Of a stretch of 64,000 nt of DNA, positions 26,396 through 40,221 are shown piece after piece (position 1 is the stretch's first letter; each line of letters starts with the position of its first letter). The position numbers and the translations under genes are program-made. Under the pieces are notes generated by a model. That model was not told where the DNA came from and ran no database searches. It saw only the letters and a list, made by a program, of their open reading frames with translations. Source of the stretch: Eledone cirrhosa (taxonomy: Eukaryota); NCBI GenBank assembly GCA_964016885.1, contig OZ024741.1, positions 260,524,001 through 260,588,000 on the forward strand, read 5' to 3'.

Positions 26396-29299
26396 TTACG
26401 AGTGTTTCGACTTACGAGTGTTTCGACATACGAGTGTTTCGACTTCCGAATGTTTTTGCTTACGGGTGTTTCGACTTACGAATGTTTCGGCTTACGTGTG
26501 TTCCGACTTAGGAGTGTTTCGGCTTACGAGTGTTTCCGGCTTACGAGTGTTTCGACTTACGAGTGTTTCGACTTTCGAGTGTTTTGACTTACGGTGTTTC
26601 GGCTTACGAGTGATTCGACTTACGAGTGTTTTGACTTACGGGTGTTCCGACTTACGAGTGTTTCGGTTTACGAGTGTTTCGACATACGAGTGTTTTGACT
26701 TACGGGTGTTTCGACTTACGGGTGTTTCGACTTACGAGTGTTTCGGCTTACGAGAGTTTAGACTTACTAATGTTTTTACTTACGAGTGTTTCGGTGTACG
26801 AATGTTTTGACTTAAGGATGTTTCGACTTACGAGTGTTTTGACTTACGGTGTTTCGGCTTACGAGTTATTCGACTTACGAGTGTTTTGACTTACGGGTGT
26901 TTTGACTTACGGGTGTTGTGAATTACCAGTGTTCCGATTTACGAGTGTTTTGACTTACGGTGTTTCGGCTTGCGAGTGTTTCGACTTACGAGTGTTTCGG
27001 CTTATGAGTGTTTCGACTTACTAATGTTTTTATTTACGAGTGTTTCGGCGTTCGAGTGTTTTGACTTACGAGTGTTTCGACTTACGAGTGTTTTTACTTA
27101 CGAATGTTTTGACTTACGGGTGTTTCGGCTTACGGGTGTTTCGACTTACGAGCGTTTCGACTTACGAGTGTTCTGATTTACGAGTGTTCTGACTTACGAG
27201 TGTTCTGACTTACGAGTGTTCCGACTTACGAGTGTTTCGGTTTACGAGTGTTTCGACATACGAGTGTTTTGACTTACGGGTGTTTCGACTTACGGGTGTT
27301 TCGACTTACGAGTGTTTCGGCTTACGAGAGTTTCGACTTACTAATGTTTTTACTTACGAGTGTTTCGGTGTACGAATGTTTTGACTTAAGGATGTTTCGA
27401 CTTACGAGTGTTTCGACTTACGAGTGTTTCGGCTTACGTGAGTTTCGACTTAAGAGTGTTCTGGTTTACGAGTGTTCTGACTTGCGGGTGTTCTGATTTA
27501 CGAGTGTTCCGACTTACGAGTGTTTCGGCTTATGAGTGTTTCGACTTACGAGTGTTTCGGCTTACGAGTGTTTCGACTTATGGGTGTTTCGACTTACGAG
27601 TGTTTTTACTTACAGTGTTTCGGCTTACGAGTGTTTCGACATACGAGTGTTTTGACTTACGGGTGTTTCGGCTTACGAGTGTTTCGACTTACGAGTGTTT
27701 CGGCTTACGAGTGTTTCGATTACTTATGTTTTCACTTACGAGTGTTTCGGCGTACGAGAGTTTTGACTTACGAGTGTTTCGACTTACGAGTGTTTTGACT
27801 TACGAATGTTTTGACTTACGGGTGTTTCGGCTTATGAGTGTTTCAACTTACGAGTCTTTCGGCTTACTAGTGTTTTACTTACGAGTGTTTCGGCGTACGA
27901 GTGTTTCGACTTACGAGTGTTTCGACTTACGGGTGTTTTGACTTACGGGTGTTTCGGCTTACGAGTGTTTCGACTTACGAGTGTTTTGACTTAAGGGTGT
28001 TTCGACTTACGAATATTTTTGGCTTACGAGTGTTTCGACTTACGAGTGTTTCGACTTACGAGTGTTTCGGCTTACGATTGCTTGGACTTACGAGTGTTTC
28101 GGTTTACGAGTGTTTCGACTTATGAGTGTTTCGACTTACGAGTGTTTCGGCTTACGAGTGTTTCGACTTATGGGTGTTTCGACTTACGAGTGTTTTTACT
28201 TACGGTGTTTCGGCTTACGATTGTTTCGACATACGAGTGTTTTGACTTACGGGTGTTTCGGCTTACGATTGTTTCGACTTACGAGTGTTTCGGTTTACGA
28301 GTGTTTCGGCTTATGAGTGTTTCGACTTACGAGTGTTTCGGCTTACGAGTGTTTCGACTTATGGGTGTTTCGACTTACGAGTGTTTTTACTTACGGTGTT
28401 TCGGCTTACGAGTGTTTCGACATACGAGTGTTTTGACTTACGGGTGTTTCGGCTTACGAGTGTTTCGACTTACGAGTGTTTCGGCTTACGAGTGTTTCGA
28501 CTTACTAATGTTTTTACTTACGAGTGTTTCGGCGTACGAGAGTTTTGACTTACGAGTGTTTTGACTTACGAGTGTTTTGACTTACGAATGTTTTGACATA
28601 CGGGTGTTTCGGCTTATGAGTGTTTCGACTTACGAGTGTTTCGGCTTACGAGTGTTTCGACTTACTAATGTTTTTATTTACGAGTGTTTCGGCGTACGAG
28701 TGTTTCGACTTATGAGTGTTTCGACTTACGGGTGTTTTGACTTACGGGTGTTTCGGCTTACGAGTGTTTTGACTTACGAGTGTTCTGATTTACGGATGTT
28801 TCGACATACGAGTGTTTCGACTTACGAGTGTTTCGGCTTACGAGTGTTTCGGCTTACGAGTGTTTCGACTTACGAGTGTTTTGACTTACGGTGTTTCGGC
28901 TTACGAGTGTTTCGACTTACGAGTGTTTTGACTTACGGGTGTTTTGACATACGAGTGTTTCGATACGAGTGTTCTGACTTACGAGTGTTTTGACTTACGA
29001 GTGTTCTGACTTACGAGTGTTCCGACTTACGAGTGTTCCGACTTACGAGTGTTTCGGCTTACGAGTGTTTCCGGCTTACGAGTGTTTCGACTTCCGAGTG
29101 TTTTGACTTACGGTGTTTCGGCTTACGAGTGATTCGACTTACGAGTGTTTTGACTTACGGGTGATTTGACTTACGGGTGTTGTGAATTACGAGTGTTCCG
29201 ATTTACGAGTGTTTTGACTTACGGTGTTTCGGCTTACGAGTGATTCGACTTACGAATGTTTTGACTTACGGGTGTTTCGGCTTGCGAGTGTTTCGACTT

Positions 29300-32200
29300 A
29301 CGAGTGTTTCGGCTTATGGGTGTTTCGACTTACTAATGTTTTTACTTACGACTGTTTCGGCGTACGAGTGTTTTGACTTACGAGTGTTTCGACTTACGAG
29401 TGTTTCGACTTACGAGTGTTTCGGCTTACGTGAGTTTCGACTTAAGAGTGTTCTGATTTACGAGTGTTCTGACTTGCGGGTGTTCTGATTTACGAGTGTT
29501 CCGACTTACGAGTGTTTCGGCTTATTAGTGTTTCGACTTACGAGTGTTTCGGCTTACGAGTGTTTCGACTTATGGGTGTTTCGACTTACGAGTGTTTTTA
29601 CTTACGGTGTTTCGGCTTACGAGTGTTTCGACATACGAGTGTTTTGACTTACGGGTGTTTCGACTTACGAGTGTTTTGACTTACAAATGTTTTGACTTAC
29701 GGGTGTTTCGGCTTACGAGTGTTTCGACTTACGAGTGTTTCGGCTTACGAGTGTTTCGACTTACTAATGTTCTTACGAGTGTTTCGGCGTACGAGAGTTT
29801 TGACTTACGAGTGTTTCGACTTACGAGTGTTTCGACTTACGAGTATTTTGACTTACGAATGTTTTGACTTACGGGTGTTTCGGCTTACGAGTGTTTCGAC
29901 TTACGAGTCTTTCGGCTTACGAGTGTTTCGACTTACTAATGTTTTTACTTACGAGTGTTTCGGCGTACGAGTGTTTCGACTTACGAGTGTTTCGACTAAC
30001 GGGTGTTTTGACTTACGGGTGTTTCGGCTTACGAGTGTTTTGACTTACGAGTGTTTTGACTTAAGGGTGTTTCGACTTACGAGTATTTTTGGCTTACGAG
30101 TGTTTCGACTTACGAGTGTTTTGACTTACGAGTGTTCTGATTTACGGATGTTTCGACATACGAGTGTTTCGACTTACGAGTATTTCGGCTTATGAGTGTT
30201 TCGACTTACGACTGTTTCGACTTACGAGTGTTTCGGCTTACGAGTGTTTCGACTTACGAGTGTTTTGACTTACGGGTGTTTTGACATACGAGTGTTTCGA
30301 TACGAGTGTTCTGACTTACGAGTGTTCTGACTTACGAGTGTTTTGACTCACGAGTGTTCCGACTTACGAGTGTTCCGACTTACGAGTGTTTCGGCTTACG
30401 AGTGTTTCCGGCTTACGAGTGTTTCGACTTACGAGTGTTTTGACTTACGGTGTTTCGGCTTACGAGTGATTCGACTTACGAGTGTTTCGACTTACGAATG
30501 TTTCGGCTTACGAGTGTTTCGGCTTACGAGTGTTCCGACTTAGGAGTGTTTCGGCTTACGAGTGTTTCCGGCTTACGAGTGTTTCGACTTACGAGTGTTT
30601 CGACTTTCGAGTGTTTTGACTTACGGTGTTTCGGCTTACGAGTGATTCGACTTACGAGTGTTTTGACTTACGGGTGTTTTGACTTACGGGTGTTGTGAAT
30701 TACCAGTGTTCCGATTTACGAGTGTTTTGACTTACGGTGTTTCGGCTTGCGAGTGTTTCGACTTACGAGTGTTTCGGCTTATGAGTGTTTCGACTTACTA
30801 ATGTTTTTACTTACGAGTGTTTCGGCGTTCGAGTGTTTTGACTTACGAGTGTTTCGACTTACGAGTGTTTTGACTTACGAATGTTTTGACTTACGGGTGT
30901 TTCGGCTTACGGGTGTTTCGACTTACGAGTGTTTCGACTTACGAGTGTTCTGACTTACGAGTGTTCTGACTTACGAGTGTTCTGACTTAAGAGTGTTCCG
31001 ACTTACGAGTGTTTCGGTTTACGAGTGTTTCGACATACGAGTGTTTTGACTTACGGGTGTTTCGACTTACGGGTGTTTCGACTTACGAGTGTTTCGGCTT
31101 ACGAGAGTTTCGACTTACTAATGTTTTTACTTACGAGTGTTTCGGTGTACGAATGTTTTGACTTAAGGATGTTTCGACTTACGAGTGTTTCGACTTACGA
31201 GTGTTTCGGCTTACGTGAGTTTCGACTTAAGAGTGTTCTGATTTACGAGTGTTCTGACTTGCGGGTGTTCTGATTTACGAGTGTTCCGACTTACGAGTGT
31301 TTCGGCTTATGAGTGTTTCGACTTACGAGTGTTTCGGCTTACGAGTGTTTCGACTTATGGGTGTTTCGACTTACGAGTGTTTTTACTTACGGTGTTTCGG
31401 CTTACGAGTGTTTCGACATACGAGTGTTTTGACTTACGGGTGTTTCGGCTTACGAGTGTTTCGACTTAAGAGTGTTTCGGATTACGAGTGTTTCGACTTA
31501 CTAATGTTTTGACTTACGAGTGTTTCGGCGTACGAGAGTTTTGACTTACGAGTGTTTCGACTTACGAGTGTTTTGACTTACGAATGTTTTGACTTACGGG
31601 TGTTTCGGCTTATGAGTGTTTCGACTTACGAGTCTTTCGGCTTACGAGTGTTTCGACTTACTAATGTTTTTACTTACGAGTGTTTCGGCGTACGAGTGTT
31701 TCGACTTACGAGTGATTCGACTTACGGGTGTTTTGACTTACGGGTGTTTCGGCTTACGAGTGTTTCGAATTACGAGTGTTTTGACTTAAGGGTGTTTCGA
31801 CTTACGAGTATTTTTGGCTTACGAGTGTTTCGACTTACGAGTGTTTCGACTTACGAGTGTTTCGGCTTACGATTGTTTCGACTTACGAGTGTTTCGGTTT
31901 ACGAGTGTTTCGACTTACGGGTGTTTTGACATACGATTGTTTGGGCTTACGAATATTTCGACTTACGAGTGTTTCGGCTTACGAGAGTTTCGACTTACTA
32001 ATGTTTTTACTTACGAGTGTTTCGGTGTACGAATGTTTTGACTTAAGGATGTTTCGACTTACGAGTGTTTCGGCTTACGAGTGTTTCGATTACTTATGTT
32101 TTTACTTACGAGTGTTTCGGCGTACGAGAGTTTTGACTTACGAGTGTTTCGACTTACGAGTGTTTTGACTTACGAATGTTTTGACTTACGGGTGTTTCGG

Positions 32201-35200
32201 CTTATGAGTGTTTCGACTTACGAGTCTTTCGGCTTACTAGTGTTTTACTTACGAGTGTTTCGGCGTACGAGTGTTTCGACTTACGAGTGTTTCGACTTAC
32301 GAATGTTTTGACTTACGGGTGTTTCAGCTTATGAGTGTTTCGACTTACGAGTCTTTCGGCTTACTAGTGTTTTACTTACGAGTGTTTCGGCGTACGAGTG
32401 TTTCGACTTACGAGTGTTTCGACTTACGGGTGTTTTGACTTAAGGGTGTTTCGACTTACGAGTATTTTTGGCTTACGAGTTTTTCGACTTACGAGTGTTT
32501 CGACTTACGAGTGTTTCGGCTTACGATTGTTTGGACTTACGAGTGTTTCGGTTTACGAGTGTTTCGACTTATGAGTGTTTCGACTTATGGGTGTTTCGAC
32601 TTACGAGTGTTTTTACTTACGGTGTTTCGGCTTACGATTGTTTCGACATACGAGTGTTTTGACTTACGGGTGTTTCGGCTTACGATTGTTTCGACTTACG
32701 AGTGTTTCGGTTTACGAGTGTTTCGGCTTATGAGTGTTTCGACTTACGAGTGTTTCGGCTTACGAGTGTTTCGACTTATGGGTGTTTCGACTTACGAGTG
32801 TTTTTACTTACGGTGTTTCGGCTTACGAGTGTTTTGACTTACGAATGTTTTGACTTACGGGTGTTTCGGCTTATGAGTGTTTCGACTTACGAGTGTTTCG
32901 GCTTACGAGTGTTTCGACTTACTAATGTTTTTACTTACGAGTGTTTCGGCGTACGAGTGTTTCGACTTATGAGTGTTTCGACTTACGGGTGTTTTGACTT
33001 ACGGGTGTTTCGGCTTACGAGTGTTTTGACTTACGAGTGTTCTGATTTACGGATGTTTCGACATACGAGTGTTTCGACTTACGAGTGTTTCGGCTTACGA
33101 GTGTTTCGGCTTACGAGTGTTTCGACTTACGAGTGTTTTGACTTACGGTGTTTCGGCTTACGAGTGTTTCGACTTACGAGTGTTTTGACTTACGGGTGTT
33201 TTGACATACGAGTGTTTCGATACGAGTGTTCTGACTTACGAGTGTTCTGACTTACGAGTGTTTTGACTTACGAGTGTTCTGACTTACGAGTGTTCCGACT
33301 TACGAGTGTTCCGACTTACGAGTGTTTCGGCTTACGAGTGTTTCCGGCTTACGAGTGTTTCGACTTCCGAGTGTTTTGACTTACGGTGTTTCGGCTTACG
33401 AGTGATTCGACTTACGAGTGTTTTGACTTACGGGTGATTTGACTTACGGGTGTTGTGAATTACGAGTGTTCCGATTTACGAGTGTTTTGACTTACGGTGT
33501 TTCGGCTTACGAGTGATTCGACTTACGAATGTTTTGACTTACGGGTGTTTCGGCTTGCGAGTGTTTCGACTTACGAGTGTTTCGGCTTATGGGTGTTTCG
33601 ACTTACTAATGTTTTTACTTACGACTGTTTCGGTGTACGAGTGTTTTGACTTACGAGTGTTTCGACTTACGAGTGTTTCGACTTACGAGTGTTTCGGCTT
33701 ACGTGAGTTTCGAATTACGAGTGTTTTGACTTAAGGGTGTTTCGACTTACGAGTATTTTTGGCTTACGAGTGTTTCGACTTACGAGTGTTTCGACTTACG
33801 AGTGTTTCGGCTTACGATTGTTTCGACTTACGAGTGTTTCGGTTTACGAGTGTTTCGACTTACGGGTGTTTTGACATACGATTGTTTGGGCTTACGAATA
33901 TTTCGACTTACGAGTGTTTCGGCTTACGAGAGTTTCGACTTACTAATGTTTTTACTTACGAGTGTTTCGGTGTACGAATGTTTTGACTTAAGGATGTTTC
34001 GACTTACGAGTGTTTCGACTTACGAGTGTTTCGGCTTACGTGAGTTTCGACTTAAGAGTGTTCTGGTTTACGAGTGTTCTGACTTGCGGGTGTTCTGATT
34101 TACGAGTGTTCCGACTTACGAGTGTTTCGGCTTATGAGTGTTTCGACTTACGAGTGTTTCGGCTTACGAGTGTTTCGATTTATGGGTGTTTCGACTTACG
34201 AGTGTTTTTACTTACAGTGTTTCGGCTTACGAGTGTTTCGACATACGAGTGTTTTGACTTACGGGTGTTTCGGCTTACAAGTGTTTCGACTTACGAGTGT
34301 TTCGGCTTACGAGTGTTTCGATTACTTATGTTTTTACTTACGAGTGTTTCGGCGTACGAGAGTTTTGACTTACGAGTGTTTCGACTTACGAGTGTTTTGA
34401 CTTACGAATGTTTTGACTTACGGGTGTTTCGGCTTATGAGTGTTTCGACTTACGAGTCTTTCGGCTTACTAGTGTTTTACTTACGAGTGTTTCGGCGTAC
34501 GAGTGTTTCGACTTACGAGTGTTTCGACTTACGGGTGTTTTGACTTACGGGTGTTTCGGCTTACGAGTGTTTCGACTTACGAGTGTTTTGACTTAAGGGT
34601 GTTTCGACTTACGAGTATTTTTGGCTTACCAGTGTTTCGACTTACGAGTGTTTCGACTTACGAGTGTTTCGGCTTACGATTGTTTGGACTTACGAGTGTT
34701 TCGGTTTACGAGTGTTTCGACTTACGAGTGTTTCGGCTTATGGGTGTTTCGACTTACTAATGTTTTTACTTACGACTGTTTCGGTGTACGAGTGTTTTGA
34801 CTTACGAGTGTTTCGACTTACGAGTGTTTCGACTTACGAGTGTTTCGGCTTACGTGAGTTTCGACTTAAGAGTGTTCTGATTTACGAGTGTTCTGACTTG
34901 CGGGTGTTCTGATTTACGAGTGTTCCGACTTACGAGTGTTTCGGCTTATTAGTGTTTCGACTTACGAGTGTTTCGGCTTACGAGTGTTTCGACTTATGGG
35001 TGTTTCGACTTACGAGTGTTTCGACTTACGAGTGTTTTGACTTACAAATGTTTTGACTTACGGGTGTTTCGGCTTACGAGTGTTTCGACTTACGAGTGTT
35101 TCGGCTTACGAGTGTTTCGACTTACTAATGTTCTTACGAGTGTTTCGGCGTACGAGAGTTTTGACTTACGAGTGTTTCGACTTACGAGTGTTTCGACTTA

Positions 35201-37270
35201 CGAGTATTTTGACTTACGAATGTTTTGACTTACGGGTGTTTCGGCTTACGAGTGTTTCGACTTACGAGTCTTTCGGCTTACGAGTGTTTCGACTTACTAA
35301 TGTTTTTACTTACGAGTGTTTCGGCGTACGAGTGTTTCGACTTACGAGTGTTTCGACTAACGGGTGTTTTGACTTACGGGTGTTTCGGCTTACGAGTGTT
35401 TTGACTTACGAGTGTTTTGACTTAAGGGTGTTTCGACTTACGAGTATTTTTGGCTTACGAGTGTTTCGACTTACGAGTGTTTTGACTTACGAGTGTTCTG
35501 ATTTACGGATGTTTCGACATACGAGTGTTTCGACTTACGAGTATTTCGGCTTATGAGTGTTTCGACTTACGACTGTTTCGACTTACGAGTGTTTTGACAT
35601 ACGAGTGTTTCGATACGAGTGTTCTGACTTACGAGTGTTCTGACTTACGAGTGTTTTGACTCACGAGTGTTCCGACTTACGAGTGTTCCGACTTACGAGT
35701 GTTTCGGCTTACGAGTGTTTCCGGCTTACGAGTGTTTCGACTTACGAGTGTTTTGACTTACGGTGTTTCGGCTTACGAGTGATTCGACTTACGAGTGTTT
35801 CGACTTATGAATGTTTCGGCTTACGAGTGTTTCGGCTTACGAGTGTTCCGACTTAGGAGTGTTTCGGCTTACGAGTGTTTCCGGCTTACGAGTGTTTCGA
35901 CTTACGAGTGTTTCGACTTTCGAGTGTTTTGACTTACGGTGTTTCGGCTTACGAGTGATTCGACTTACGAGTGTTTTGACTTACGGGTGTTTTGACTTAC
36001 GGGTGTTGTGAATTACCAGTGTTCCGATATACGAGTGTTTTGACTTACGGTGTTTCGGCTTGCGAGTGTTTCGACTTACGAGTGTTTCGGCTTATGAGTG
36101 TTTCGACTTACTAATGTTTTTACTTACGAGTGTTTCGGCGTTCGAGTGTTTTGACTTACGAGTGTTTCGACTTACGAGTGTTTTGACTTACGAATGTTTT
36201 GACTTACGGGTGTTTCGGCTTACGGGTGTTTCGACTTACGAGTGTTTCGACTTACGAGTGTTCTGACTTACGAGTGTTCTGACTTACGAGTGTTCTGACT
36301 TAAGAGTGTTCCGACTTACGAGTGTTTCGGTTTACGAGTGTTTCGACATACGAGTGTTTTGACTTACGGGTGTTTCGACTTACGGGTGTTTCGACTTACG
36401 AGTGTTTCGGCTTACGAGAGTTTCGACTTACTAATGTTTTTACTTACGAGTGTTTCGGTGTACGAATGTTTTGACTTAAGGATGTTTCGACTTACGAGTG
36501 TTTCGACTTACGAGTGTTTCGGCTTACGTGAGTTTCGACTTAAGAGTGTTCTGATTTACGAATGTTCTGACTTGCGGGTGTTCTGATTTACGAGTGTTCC
36601 GACTTACGAGTGTTTCGGCTTATGAGTGTTTCGACTTACGAGTGTTTCGGCTTACGAGTGTTTCGACTTATGGGTGTTTCGACTTACGAGTGTTTTTACT
36701 TACGGTGTTTCGGCTTACGAGTGTTTCGACATACGAGTGTTTTGACTTACGGGTGTTTCGGCTTACGAGTGTTTCGACTTAAGAGTGTTTCGGATTACGA
36801 GTGTTTCGACTTACTAATGTTTTTACTTACGAGTGTTTCGGCGTACGAGAGTTTTGACTTACGAGTGTTTCGACTTACGAGTGTTTTGACTTACGAATGT
36901 TTTGACTTACGGGTGTTTCGGCTTATGAGTGTTTCGACTTACGAGTCTTTCGGCTTACGAGTGTTTCGACTTACTAATGTTTTTACTTACGAGTGTTTCG
37001 GCGTACGAGTGTTTCGACTTACGAGTGATTCGACTTACGGGTGTTTTGACTTACGGGTGTTTCGGCTTACGAGTGTTTCGAATTACGAGTGTTTTGACTT
37101 AAGGGTGTTTCGACTTACGAGTATTTTTGGCTTACGAGTGTTTCGACTTACGAGTGTTTCGACTTACGAGTGTTTCGGCTTACGATTGTTTCGACTTACG
37201 AGTGTTTCGGTTTACGAGTGTTTCGACTTACGGGTGTTTTGACATACGATTGTTTGGGCTTACGAATATT
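29300..37270. repeat. ~2.6-kb block repeated at a ~5.3-kb offset (about 29.3-31.96 kb and 34.7-37.27 kb)
   Basis: ORF offsets 30343/35656 and 31025/36338 (5313) and 29692/35053 (5361); shared rare variants TTACAAATG and TTTCGGATTACG. Confidence 0.8.
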
Positions 37271-40143
37271 TCGACTTACGAGTGTTTCGACTTACGAGTG
37301 TTTTGACTTATGGTGTTTCGGCTTACGAGTGTTTTGACTTACGAGTGTTTTGACTTACGGGTGTTTTGACATACGATTGTTTCGATACGAGTGTTCTGAC
37401 TTACGAGTGTTCTGACTTACGAGTGGTCTGACTTACGGGTGTTCTGACTTACGAGTGTTCCGACTTACGAGTGTTTCGACTTACGAATGTTTTGGCTTAC
37501 GAGTGTTTCGGCTTACGAGTGTTTCGGCTTATGAGTGTTTCGACTTACGAGTGTTTTAACTTATGGTGTTTCGGCTTACGAGTGTTTCTACATACGAGTG
37601 TTTTGACTTACGGGTGTTTCGACTTACGGGTGTTTCGACGTAAGATTGCTCTGACTTACGGGTGTTCTGACTTACGTGTGTTCCGATTTACGAGTGTTTC
37701 GGTTATGTGTGTTTCGACTTACGTGTGTTTCGACTTACGAATGTTTTGGCTTACGAGTGTTTCGGCTTACGAATGTTTCGACTTACGAATGTTTTGGCTT
37801 ACGAGTGTTTCGGCTTACGGGTGTTTCGACTTACGAGTGTTTTGACTTACGAGTGTTTTGACTTACGGTGTTTCGGCTTACGATTTATTCGACATACGAG
37901 TGTTTCGACTTACGGGTGTTTCGACTTACGGGTGTTTCGACTTACGAGTGTTTCGACTTATGAGTGTTTCGACTTACGAGTGTTCTGACTTACGAGTGTT
38001 CTGACTTACGAGTGTTCCGACTTACGAGTGTTTCGGTTTACGAGTGATTCGACATACGAGTGTTTTGACTTACGGGTGTTTCGACTTACGGGTGTTTCGA
38101 CTTACGAATGTTTCGGCTTACGAGTGTTTCGACTTACTAATGTTTTTACTTACGAGTGTTTCGGTGTACGAGTGTTTCGACTTAAGGATGTTTCGACTTA
38201 CGAGTGTTTCGACTTACGTGTGTTTCGGCTTACGTGAGTTTCGACTTAAGAGTGTTCTGATTTACGAGTGTTCCGACTTACGAGTGTTTCGGCTTATGAG
38301 TGTTTCGACTTACGAGTGTTTCGGCTTACGAGTGTTTCGACTTATGGGTGTTTCGACTTACGAGTGTTTTTACTTATGGTGTTTCGGCTTACGAGTGTTT
38401 CGACATACGAGTGTTCAGACTTACGAGTGTTCCGACTTACGAGCGTTCCGACTTACGAGTGTTTCGACTTACGAGTGTTAAGACTTACGGGTGTTTTGAC
38501 ATACGAGTGTTTCGATACGACTGTTTCGACTTACGAGTGTTACGAGTGTTCTGACTTATGAGTGTTCTGACTTACGAGTGTTCTGACTTACGAGTGTTCT
38601 GACTTACGAGTGTTCTGACTTACGAGTGTTCTGACTTACGAGTGTTTCGGCTTACGAGTGTTCCGACTTACGAGTGTTTCGGCTTACGAGTGTTTCGACT
38701 TACGAGTGTTCTGACTTACGAGTGTTCCGACTTACGAGCGTTCCGACTTACGAGTGTTTCGGCTTACAAGTGTTCCGACTTACGAGTGTTTCGACTTACG
38801 AGTGTTTTGACTTACGGTGTTTCTGCTTACGAGTGTTTCGACTTACGAGTGTTAAGACTTACGGGTGTTTTGACATACGAGTGTTTCGATACGAGTGTTT
38901 CGACTTACGAGTGTTACGAGTGTTCTGCCTTACGAGTGTTTCGACTTACGAGTGTTCTGACCTACAAGTGTTCTGACTTACGAGTGTTTCGACTTACGAT
39001 TGTTTTTTTCCCTTACGGGTGTTTCGACTTACGCGTGTTTCGATTTACGAGTGTTTAGACTTACGAGTGTTTCGACTACGAATGTTCCGACTTACGAGTG
39101 TTTCGACTTACGAGTGTTTCGACTTACGGGTGTTCCGACTTACGGGTGTTTCGGCTTACGATTGTTTCGACTTACGAGTGTTTCGGTTTACGAGTGTTTC
39201 GACTTACGGGTGTTTTGGCTTACGATTGTTTGGGCTTACGAGTGTTTTGACTTACGAGTGTTTTGACTTACGGGTGTTTTGACATACGAGTGTTTCGATA
39301 CGAGTGTTCTGACTTACGAGTGGTCTGACTTATGGGTGTTCTGACTTACGAGTGTTCCGACTTACGAGTGTTTCAGCTTATGAGTGTTTCGACTTACGAG
39401 TGCTTCGGATTACGAGTGTTTCGACTTACGAGTGTTTCGGCTTACGAGTGTTTCGACTTACGAATGTTTTGGCTTACGAGTGTTTCGGCTTACGAGTGTT
39501 TCGGCTTATGAGTGTTTCGACTTACGAGTGTTTTGACTTATGGTGTTTCGGCTTACAAGTGTTTCGACATACGAGTGTTTTGACTTACGGGTGTTTCGAC
39601 TTACGAGTGTTTCGACGTAAGAGTGTTTCGACTTACGAGCGCTTCGACTTACGAGTGTTTCGACTTACGAGTGTTTCGGCGTACGAGTGTTTTGACTTAT
39701 GAGTGTTTCGACTTACGAGTGCTTTGACTTACGAATGTTTTGAATTACTTCGACTTACGAGTGATCTGACTTACGAGTGTTCCTACTTACGAGTGTTTCG
39801 ACTTACGAGTGTTTCGACTTGCGAGTGTTTCGACTTACGAGTGTTTCGACTTACGAGTGTTCTGACTTACGAGTGTTCTGACTTACGAGTGTTCTGACTT
39901 ACGAGTGTTCCGACTTACGAGTGTTTCGACTTACGAGTGTTTTGACTTACGAATGTTCTGACTTACGGGTGTTTCGTCTTACGAGTGTTTCGATTTACGA
40001 GTGTTTTAACTTACGGGTGTTTCGACTTACGCGTGTTTCGACTTACGAGTGTTTCGACTTACGAGTGTTTCGACTTACGAATGTTCCGACTTACGAGTGT
40101 TTCTACTTACGAGTGTTTCGGCTTACGAGTGTTTCGACTTACG

Positions 40144-40221
40144 AAAATAACAAATAGACGCGGTTTCAAATATCTATGCTTTTTAAATTCATTACATTAA
40201 TCTTTATTTATACGTTTCGCT
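40144..40221. repeat. ~78-bp AT-rich spacer, copy 5 (allele B')
   Basis: Contains CAAATATCTATGCTTTTTAAATT. Confidence 0.95.
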
